From positions 1-35,259 of IMG/VR virus record IMGVR_UViG_3300010376_000088: a stretch of 35,259 nucleotides of DNA, one strand, 5' to 3'. The notes beneath the pieces were generated by a model. That model saw only the letters and a list, made by a program, of their open reading frames with translations. It searched no databases and had not been told where the DNA came from. Below are positions 27,762 to 34,346 of this stretch, piece after piece (within the stretch, counting starts at the first letter, position 1; every line of letters starts with the position of its first letter). A program made the position numbers and the translations under genes. The stretch comes from a virus (Duplodnaviria > Caudoviricetes).

Positions 27762-28340
27762 TCAGCTCGACGACTTCCAGGCTCGCGCGCCTTCCTCGTA
27801 GTACGGGTTCGGCAGCGTCTCGCCCACTCGCTTGCCGGACTCGTCGAGGAAGAACTGCTTGCCCTCCGCGCCCTTGCGGCCCATCCGCCGGCCGCGCGCC
27901 GTGAACATGTCGAGCGCGTGGTCCGGGATCTCCATCTCCATCCCGGCCCGGTCGCCCATCCAGAACGCGAACACCGCGCTCAGGACGAGGCCGCTCTTCT
28001 TCGCTCGCACGAGCACGATGACGGCGTGCGCGAGGAACAGCGGCATCGCGTCCTCGTTCTTCGCCTTCTTCGCCTCGAGCCAGTTGTCGTTCAGCACGCG
28101 GACGAGGCGCACCGCGTCGGGGTCGGCCAGGCCGACGTCCTCGGACGCCATGATCCGCAGCCGCTTCCAGACGTAGTTCCCGTACCCGGCCAGGTCGAGC
28201 TCCGACGCCCAGAACAGCGCCTCGCGTTCGTCGCCGCGCCGCACCGCCTTCTGCAACGCGGACGCGACCTCGCCGTTCAGGAACCCGCCCGGCGTGTGCA
28301 GCTCGCTGAACGGCACGATCCGCTTACGCGGTTCAGCCAT
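27762..28340 (-). CDS. RarA/MgsA C-terminal-domain protein lacking the AAA+ ATPase
   Basis: SALQKAVRRGD...ALFW...WKRLRIMASEDVGLADP...LAHAVI...AKKS...IPDHALD; no Walker A. Confidence 0.8.
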   Translation of the reverse strand: MAEPRKRIVPFSELHTPGGFLNGEVASALQKAVRRGDEREALFWASELDLAGYGNYVWKRLRIMASEDVGLADPDAVRLVRVLNDNWLEAKKAKNEDAMPLFLAHAVIVLVRAKKSGLVLSAVFAFWMGDRAGMEMEIPDHALDMFTARGRRMGRKGAEGKQFFLDESGKRVGETLPNPYYEEGARAWKSSS

Positions 28341-28683
28341 CACTCTCCTCTCTCAGGAGCCAGCGGCCGACCGCCAGCTCGTCCTCGATCAACAACTCGT
28401 CGGCCTCGGTGTCGTACTGCCCGACGTACACGAGCTTGTCCCGGTCGACGTGCATCTGCGCGATCGTCGGGTAGCGCTCGACCATCCGGCCCGCCGCCTG
28501 GCGCACCTTCGCGTGGTACGAGCCGAGCCCGGGCGCCCCGTACAGGTTGCCTTCGAAGTACACCCGCATCAGCCCCTCGTGCTGCGTCGACGGCTCGCCG
28601 ACGATGCCCGACCCGGGCTTGATCACGGTCATCGCGTGGTTCGGCTCCACGTCGTCCGCCGGCACGTACACGTTCACCTTCAC
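28333..28683 (-). CDS. Hypothetical protein
   Basis: GTG 28683 coupled to the ligase stop; SD AGGGAGGG. Confidence 0.7.
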   Translation of the reverse strand: MKVNVYVPADDVEPNHAMTVIKPGSGIVGEPSTQHEGLMRVYFEGNLYGAPGLGSYHAKVRQAAGRMVERYPTIAQMHVDRDKLVYVGQYDTEADELLIEDELAVGRWLLREESDG

Positions 28684-29582
28684 GGTTCCCTCCCTACGTC
28701 CTTCGGGTTCTTGTCGTCGCGTACCCGCTTCAGCGCCGGGTGCAGGAGGCGCTCGTCCTCCGTCCACCGCTGGTACGCGACCTGGACGACGACCTCGGGC
28801 GCGATCCACGTCACGTCACGCGGCGCGTCCTTCGGCGTCTCGGCGAGCGGCGAGCGCTCGACGTTCTGGAAGCGCGACTCGAACTCGCGGTCGAGCTTCT
28901 CGTCTTGCCCGGCCCGCCCCGCGTACACGAGGTTCGGGCCGTCGTAGTACGCGAGCACCAGCCCGCCGATCCGGCCCGTGCGCCCGTTCTTGCCGGGCGT
29001 CCAGCCGACGACGACGAACTCCTGCTCCTGGCGCACCTTCACCTTCAGCCACAGCTCGCCGCGGTAGCCCTCGATGTAGCGGCTGCCCTTGCGCTTCGCG
29101 ACGATGCCCTCCAGGCCGCGGTCGACCACCCACGCCTGCAGCGCCTCCCCGTCGTCGAACGACGGCGAGAACTGCAGCGCCGTGTCGCCGGACCCGGCGA
29201 CGATCGCCTCGGCGAGGCCTCGCCGCTGCTCCAGCGGGTACGGACGGCAGTCGACCTCGCCGAGCTCGAGCACGTCGAACACGACGAAGCACGCGGCCCG
29301 TGCGCTTCCGGCGCCGGCGGCAAGCCCGAACGTGTTCCCGGCCTCGTCCGGCGTCACGATCTCGCCGTCGATCACGCAGTCGGGCAGCTCGGCGAGCGCT
29401 CGCGCGATCGCCGGGAACTGCACCTTCCACTCCGTCTTCGACGAGCGCGACTGCATCGTCACCTCGCCGTCGACGATCGTCGCGGTGCAGCGAACGCCGT
29501 CCCACTTGATCTCGTACAGCCAGCCGTCGCCGACCGGCAGCTCGCCCGCCTTCGCGAGCATCGGCTTGACGGTGGCGGCCAT
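28680..29582 (-). CDS. ligD: ATP-dependent DNA ligase (LigD ligase-domain type)
   Basis: KPMLA, YEIKWDGVR, IDGEIV, VFDVL, LEGIVAKR...SRY, WLKVK, LLHP motifs; TGATG-coupled to ku. Confidence 0.92.
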   Translation of the reverse strand: MAATVKPMLAKAGELPVGDGWLYEIKWDGVRCTATIVDGEVTMQSRSSKTEWKVQFPAIARALAELPDCVIDGEIVTPDEAGNTFGLAAGAGSARAACFVVFDVLELGEVDCRPYPLEQRRGLAEAIVAGSGDTALQFSPSFDDGEALQAWVVDRGLEGIVAKRKGSRYIEGYRGELWLKVKVRQEQEFVVVGWTPGKNGRTGRIGGLVLAYYDGPNLVYAGRAGQDEKLDREFESRFQNVERSPLAETPKDAPRDVTWIAPEVVVQVAYQRWTEDERLLHPALKRVRDDKNPKDVGREP

Positions 29583-30484
29583 CAGGCCGCCACCTTCTTC
29601 GCCCGCTTCGCCGCGGGCTTCTTCGCCGCGGCCTTCTTCGGCTTCGACTCGGCGACCGACGCCTGCAGCGCGGCCATCAGGTCGATCACCGGCGCGGCCT
29701 CGGGCGCGGCCGGGGCGACGAACGTCTCGCCCTTGTCGGCGGCCCGGATCGCGTCGTGCATCAGCGGCGTCCAGGTGTCCTGGGCCTCCGACGCGTCGAA
29801 CACGCCCTCGAGCGCGGCCAGCAGCGGCTGCGCCGCCTCGATCATCCGGTCGTCGACGGCCGGGCGCGCGGCCGCGGCCACGCGGATCAGCTCGGCGTCC
29901 GAGTGGCGGATCTTCTGCTCGAAGCGGATCGTCTCCGCGACGAGCACGCCGAGCTCCTCGTGCCAGCGGACGGCGAGCGTCTCCGTCTGCTTGTACAGCA
30001 CGACGTCGACCAGCGCCGCCCTCGCGGGCCGCGACCCGTCGACCGCCGGGCGCAGGAGCGCGACCAGGAGGTCGAACGCCTGCTCGTGCCCGGCCTGCGG
30101 GTACACCATGAACGCCTTCTCGGTGTACGCCGAGTCGATCTCGCCGGCCTCGACGATCCGCGTGATCACGCCTTGCCCGTCCGACGCCTCGCTCAGCGCC
30201 TTCACCGTCTCCGGGTCGACGACGACCATCCGGCCGGCGTCGTCGGGGTGCGGGTACGCGGTCAGCTTCTCCGCGTTCGGGACGACGTGCTCGTCCGGCG
30301 TCCCCTGCGAGCACAGGCTCACGCTCGCGAGGGCCGGGCCGTGCGTCGGGCACATGCCCTTGCCCGGCACCGGCCGGGCGTTGTCGGTCAGCGACTTGAT
30401 CGCCACCGACACGTTCACTAGGCCGAACCCGATCGTCAGCTTCTTGCCGTGCGACGGGGTCGGCAGCGTGGCGTCCTTCGCCAT
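29582..30484 (-). CDS. ku: Ku DNA end-binding protein
   Basis: IGFGLVNVSV N-terminal motif, FD...DTW, VIDLMAALQASV, basic KKxAAK tail. Confidence 0.88.
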   Translation of the reverse strand: MAKDATLPTPSHGKKLTIGFGLVNVSVAIKSLTDNARPVPGKGMCPTHGPALASVSLCSQGTPDEHVVPNAEKLTAYPHPDDAGRMVVVDPETVKALSEASDGQGVITRIVEAGEIDSAYTEKAFMVYPQAGHEQAFDLLVALLRPAVDGSRPARAALVDVVLYKQTETLAVRWHEELGVLVAETIRFEQKIRHSDAELIRVAAAARPAVDDRMIEAAQPLLAALEGVFDASEAQDTWTPLMHDAIRAADKGETFVAPAAPEAAPVIDLMAALQASVAESKPKKAAAKKPAAKRAKKVAA

Positions 30485-30490
30485 CACTTC

Positions 30491-30554
30491 CTCCTTCGGT
30501 TGACTCGGATCGGAGCGAACGCTCCCGCCGCCTCGTCCTCACGGGCGAGGGCGG
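30491..30554 (-). promoter_or_regulatory. Conserved structured leader C (before ku)
   Basis: CCGC[hairpin, GUGA loop]GCGG-GAGC-GUUC-GCUC-C-GAUCCGAGUC-AAC-CGAAGGAG. Confidence 0.85.
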
Positions 30555-30567
30555 CAACGCTCTCTCT

Positions 30568-30619
30568 CATAGGTGCTCAGGCTGGCGCGGCGGCGCATCA
30601 TGAGCAGGTATGCGCTATG
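30568..30619. repeat. 52-bp cassette, copy 3
   Basis: CATAGGTGCTCA-N21-TGAGCAGGTATGCGCTATG. Confidence 0.9.
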
Positions 30620-30633
30620 CGCTGGTGCCCGCG

Positions 30634-30756
30634 CTAGGCGGGCACCTTCTCCGGCTCGACGCGCTCGGGCGTCGGCGCCTCGATCGGCGCGGGCGCCTCG
30701 AACGGGTCTTCGATCGGCTCGACGATGATCGTCTTCTCGGGTTCTCCGATTTCCAT
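30634..30756 (-). CDS. 40-aa E/P-rich peptide (absent from the ORF track)
   Basis: SD GAGGAGGT; MEIGEPEKTIIVEPIEDPFEAPAPIEAPTPERVEPEKVPA. Confidence 0.65.
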   Translation of the reverse strand: MEIGEPEKTIIVEPIEDPFEAPAPIEAPTPERVEPEKVPA

Positions 30757-31251
30757 CTAGCTCACCTCCTCGGGGAACGTCGGCGTTGCGTTCAGCACGT
30801 TGTCGGGCAGGGCGGGCACGTCGTACAGCGCCTCGAGCGGCTCGATCCACTCCCACTGGTGGAACGGCACGAACAGCCGCACCACCCGTCCCTTCTCCGC
30901 GCGGTAGCCCTGCGACCCGGGGATCACCTTGCCGACGAGGCCGACCTCGCCGATCACGACCGGGTTCGGGCGCGACGCGCTCTCCTTGTTGTAGCCCATG
31001 CCCGACAGGTGCCTGCGGTCGCGGGCGGCGTACAGCCCGCAGGTGCAGCCCTCGCCGGGCACGCGCTTGTCCACGCACTTCCAGCAGTGCGTCTTGCCGT
31101 TGCACGTCGCGACCGTCCAGCGGTCGGGATGCCAGACGGTGCCGCCGTGGGTCACCGACCCGAGCAGCGGCATCCGCTTCGTCCCGATCACCTTCCAGGC
31201 GCGGTAGGCGACGATCTCGCCTACGACGTCGGGGACGACGATCTCACTCAT
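30757..31251 (-). CDS. Cys-rich hypothetical phage protein
   Basis: AYRAW...ATC...CTCGLYA...VIGEV...GKVI...GYRAE pattern. Confidence 0.75.
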   Translation of the reverse strand: MSEIVVPDVVGEIVAYRAWKVIGTKRMPLLGSVTHGGTVWHPDRWTVATCNGKTHCWKCVDKRVPGEGCTCGLYAARDRRHLSGMGYNKESASRPNPVVIGEVGLVGKVIPGSQGYRAEKGRVVRLFVPFHQWEWIEPLEALYDVPALPDNVLNATPTFPEEVS

Positions 31252-32425
31252 CGCCATCGCCGTCCTTCGCGTCTTCGAGGATCTGGCGCAGCACCTCGTC
31301 GACGTCCATCTGTTCGTCGGCCATCTCGACGTTGCCGTTCGGCTTCGCCTTCTTGCCCCGGCCCGCCTTCTTGTTCTCGTCCTTCGGGCCGAGCGAGCGG
31401 AGCAGCGGGTGGTCTTCGGGCAGCTCCCACACGAGGTACGAGCCCGGCCCGAAGCCGATCCGCCGCTTGACGACCTTCAGCTCGTCCGCCGCGCGGCGGA
31501 CGGTCATCTTCGACACGCCATGCTCGGCGGCCTTGTCGAACACGTCCTTCGCCGGGCACGGACCCTTCAGCAGCAGCAGCGCCAGGAACTCGGACGCGAC
31601 CGCCTTCTTCTCCGGGTTCTCGGCCTGGTAGCCGCTGCCCTTCCACTGCACGATCTCGGCGGCGGGCACCGGCGCCTCGTCGTTCACGTACACGAGGCGG
31701 GCCGTCTCCGACACCGTCCCGTCGGGCAGGTCGACCTCGACCGTGTCCATGTAGAACTCGACCGACGGCGTCTGGTCGTCGGCGTTGTTCGCCTTCGCGA
31801 CACCGAGGAACCGGCTCTCCGGCTCGCCCGGCCCCGCCGGTCCCAGGACGTGCGCGAAGCGCACGGTGCCGAGCCACCCACCGGATGCGCCACCGAACGC
31901 CTCCTGCGGATGCGCGTCCTTCGGCAGCCGCTTGTTCAGGTGGTGCACGCCGACGATCGCGACACCCGTCCGCTCGGCCATCGCGGCCAGCGGCTCCAGC
32001 GCCGTGTTCGGGTCCGACCCGCCGACGTGCTTCGCGATCGGGTCGATCGTCACCAGCTCGACGCCGTGGAACAGCACCAGCTCCTCGAGCATCTCGACGT
32101 CTTGCGGCAGCCGGAGCTTGCCCGGCCAGAAGTGCACGAGCCGCGTGTCGCACTCGGCCGCGAGCAGCCGCGGCACCTTCACGGCCGCCAGCTGATCCTC
32201 CGGGTTCGACATGATCACCGCGCCGCCGCGCTTCGTGACCTCGGCGGCCATCCAGCTCGTGAGCAGCGACTTGCCCTGGCCCGGGCGGCCACCGACGAGC
32301 GTGATCCCGCCCTTCAGGAACCGCTCGCCACCCGGCAGCTCGAGGAACGAGAGCTTCTCCGGCTTCACATCTGCCGCGCGGACGAGCTTCGTCGCCGGCG
32401 ACGTCTTCTTGCTAACTGCACCCAT
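31244..32425 (-). CDS. AAA_25 / RepA-like (RecA-fold) helicase
   Basis: Walker A GRPGQGKS, Walker B VTIDP, VHHLNK, AKAN motifs; ATG 32425 after GAAGGAGG. Confidence 0.85.
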   Translation of the reverse strand: MGAVSKKTSPATKLVRAADVKPEKLSFLELPGGERFLKGGITLVGGRPGQGKSLLTSWMAAEVTKRGGAVIMSNPEDQLAAVKVPRLLAAECDTRLVHFWPGKLRLPQDVEMLEELVLFHGVELVTIDPIAKHVGGSDPNTALEPLAAMAERTGVAIVGVHHLNKRLPKDAHPQEAFGGASGGWLGTVRFAHVLGPAGPGEPESRFLGVAKANNADDQTPSVEFYMDTVEVDLPDGTVSETARLVYVNDEAPVPAAEIVQWKGSGYQAENPEKKAVASEFLALLLLKGPCPAKDVFDKAAEHGVSKMTVRRAADELKVVKRRIGFGPGSYLVWELPEDHPLLRSLGPKDENKKAGRGKKAKPNGNVEMADEQMDVDEVLRQILEDAKDGDGDE

Positions 32426-32432
32426 TCTGGGC

Positions 32433-32521
32433 CTCCTTCGTGAACGGCCTCGCGGCCGCGTTGCGTTGACTCGGATCACGGAGCGGATGCTCCCGCACTG
32501 ATTCCGGCGGAATCAGCGCGG
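32433..32521 (-). promoter_or_regulatory. Conserved structured leader D (before the helicase); its first hairpin is palindrome copy 4 (32500-32514)
   Basis: CCGC-G-CUGAUUCC-GCC-GGAAUCAG-U-GCGG-GAGC-AUCC-GCUC-CGU-GAUCCGAGUCAA...GUUCACGAAGGAG. Confidence 0.85.
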
Positions 32522-32527
32522 CAACGT

Positions 32528-32842
32528 CTACGCCTTGCGACTGGCGACCGGCTCGTCGACGACCTCGACGCCGATCCCTTCGCCGAGCAGCCGGTCCCAC
32601 ATCGACTTCTCGGTCTCGGCCGCGGTGAACGCGGCGAACACGGCCTCGGCCTGCAGCCCGTGGACGATGCCCACCCGCTGCTCGGTCGCGCCACCGGCGA
32701 CCGCGCGCAGCGCGGCCTCGATCTGGTCAAGCTCTGCGCGCGCTGACCAGATCGCGTTCAGCGCCGCCTCCATCTTCTCGTCGGCGTCCGCGGACAGGCG
32801 GTGAAGCATCTCCACGGCGACGTCGATCTGTGCTGCGTCCAT
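32528..32842 (-). CDS. Hypothetical protein
   Basis: 104 aa, SD GAAGGAG. Confidence 0.75.
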   Translation of the reverse strand: MDAAQIDVAVEMLHRLSADADEKMEAALNAIWSARAELDQIEAALRAVAGGATEQRVGIVHGLQAEAVFAAFTAAETEKSMWDRLLGEGIGVEVVDEPVASRKA

Positions 32843-32848
32843 CTCGTT

Positions 32849-32915
32849 CTCCTTCGTTCGACTCGGATCGTTCGGAGCAGGCGCTCCCGCCAGCCGCCCT
32901 CGCGGGCGGCGGCGG
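32849..32915 (-). promoter_or_regulatory. Conserved structured leader E
   Basis: CCGC[hairpin, GCGA loop]GCGG-GAGC-GCCU-GCUC-CGAAC-GAUCCGAGUC-GAA-CGAAGGAG. Confidence 0.85.
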
Positions 32916-32917
32916 CA

Positions 32918-33154
32918 TCACCAGCCAACGTCGACGAACAGGCGCACGAGCCAGCGCGCCTTCTTCAGCGCGCCCTCGCGCGTCGTCACCTGGCCGAGCA
33001 TCTCGCGGATCTGGTCGTCGTCGTACGCCTCGACGATCACGTCCCACCCACCGTCGTTGTAGTGGTCGAGCGCGTACGCCTTGACGTACTCGACCAGCTC
33101 GTCGGTCGTGTACTGCGGGTTCACGTACCCCTTCGTCGTGTCGGGCGCGGTCAT
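32918..33154 (-). CDS. Hypothetical protein
   Basis: TGATG-coupled start MTAPDTTKGY; 78 aa. Confidence 0.75.
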   Translation of the reverse strand: MTAPDTTKGYVNPQYTTDELVEYVKAYALDHYNDGGWDVIVEAYDDDQIREMLGQVTTREGALKKARWLVRLFVDVGW

Positions 33155-33435
33155 CAGACGAGCTCCTCGAGCTGCTCGCGCAGCTCGATCAGCGCGTCGA
33201 CGGCCGCGCGCTGCTCCTCGATCACGGAGCCGAGGTCGCGATCGCCGATCGGCAGCGTCTTCGCGAACTCGATCAGCGCGCTCAGCTCGCGCGCCTTCGT
33301 GCGGATCGTGTTGTTCGTCCGCGTCGCGACCACGTCGGTCGTCGACTCGAACGACAAGCCCTGGTCGGCGACGCCGCGGACGGCGACGCCCGCGCGGCTG
33401 GCCGCGTCGAGCATGTTCAGCGTGTTCGTGTGCAT
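33154..33435 (-). CDS. Hypothetical protein, first gene of the early arm
   Basis: 93 aa, SD GAAGGAG. Confidence 0.75.
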   Translation of the reverse strand: MHTNTLNMLDAASRAGVAVRGVADQGLSFESTTDVVATRTNNTIRTKARELSALIEFAKTLPIGDRDLGSVIEEQRAAVDALIELREQLEELV

Positions 33436-33449
33436 CTCTTTCTCCTTCG

Positions 33450-34086
33450 TTCGTTGTCTTCACGTACAACGGGCGGCCATTCGGCCGCCCGTGAATCGCC
33501 GCTACGGAATCGAACCGTCCACGGCGACAGGCGCGATCTACCACTCGCGCCTTGCTCTGATCGAATCTGCTCGCTGTCCCTCTCGCGTCCGTGCGTGCGA
33601 CGCGGTGTGTCCTGGCGAGCCACCCATGCGGATCGAGGGCGACCACGCCCTCGTACTCGGCGAGCGTCCGGCGCGACTCGATCGCGAACGCCTACTCCCT
33701 CTCGTCGTGTCCTACCGACGAGCCTTTCGACTCGCGGCGACGGCTCGTTCGTTACCGGCCGTCGTCGCTCACGCGATCGTCGTCGTGCCTTTCACTCGCT
33801 TTCACCCGCTCGATCTGGGTGCCGGGGACCGCTGACTGGCGCTGACGCCTAACCCGGTTCTCGTGCCCGTTGCCGATCGCGAAGTTCCTCCTCGCTTCCT
33901 TCCTCGCTGCCTGAGCTTGCGCTCTCCCACTTCCGGTCGTCTTACGAGCACCGGTCGGGCGGGCAGGCGTTTCACCGGGGGCTTTCGCAATCCCGGATCG
34001 GAAGCTGTGTTCTGGCTCCGCTGGGCCGCTCGGAGAAGACAGGGCGCGCTCGCTGGTGACTGTCGCGGTGTCTTTCTCTCTGGTCT
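33450..34086 (-). ncRNA. Putative large structured RNA / 5' leader of the early transcript
   Basis: No credible ORF; dense hairpins, GAAA and GCAA tetraloops, nested multibranch pairing, D-loop-like and T-loop-like hairpins. Confidence 0.65.
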
Positions 34087-34092
34087 ACTTTA

Positions 34093-34121
34093 AGCATAGC
34101 ACATAGGCGCTCACGGGCGAA
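34093..34121 (-). promoter_or_regulatory. Leftward early promoter
   Basis: TTCGCC-N17-TATGCT with extended TGn; a TGAGCnnnTATG half-site lies in the spacer. Confidence 0.55.
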
Positions 34122-34183
34122 GCGAAAACCCCTGCAAACGGGCACATTTGAGCCACTATGCTGTCGCCCGCGAGGGCAACGGC

Positions 34184-34212
34184 TTGGCCCGTCCGGCGCA
34201 CCCGGCTACACT
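34184..34212 (+). promoter_or_regulatory. Rightward SigA-like promoter
   Basis: TTGGCC-N17-TACACT; predicted start ~34218. Confidence 0.65.
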
Positions 34213-34217
34213 CCACC

Positions 34218-34346
34218 ATGCCGTCCGAGTCGGGTCGCTTTCTCTCTGGTCAGAGCTGGTTGCCTCCTCGGACGGCGCTGCTCGGGGCTCCGCCATCTCC
34301 TTCGTGAACCTTGACTCGGATCGCGTAGCGGCGGAGCCCGGGCAGC
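34218..34346 (+). ncRNA. Putative trans-acting antisense RNA with two stem-loops
   Basis: Stem 1 34220-34229/34267-34276 (10 bp); stem 2 34277-34294/34330-34346 (17 bp, one bulge, one U-G); loops complementary to early-transcript elements. Confidence 0.65.

Noticed and set aside
713-33835. Many long + strand and alternative-frame ORFs in the track
   Set aside because: Arg/Ala/Pro-rich shadow ORFs typical of high-GC DNA, overlapping well-supported minus-strand genes
33450-34086. RNase P RNA, tmRNA or group I/II intron
   Set aside because: I could not find their conserved cores (GAGGAAAGUCC, tag ORF with acceptor stem, domain V) by eye; a cmscan is still needed
34148-34303. N-terminal extension of the methyltransferase from TTG 34148
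   Set aside because: It overlaps the predicted promoter and RNA stems and does not resemble CmcI sequence
34218-34346. IS110 bridge RNA or TIGR-type guide RNA
   Set aside because: The two-loop layout is suggestive, but no IS110 recombinase, Nop-domain or Cas-like protein is in the window, and the loops match mRNA leaders
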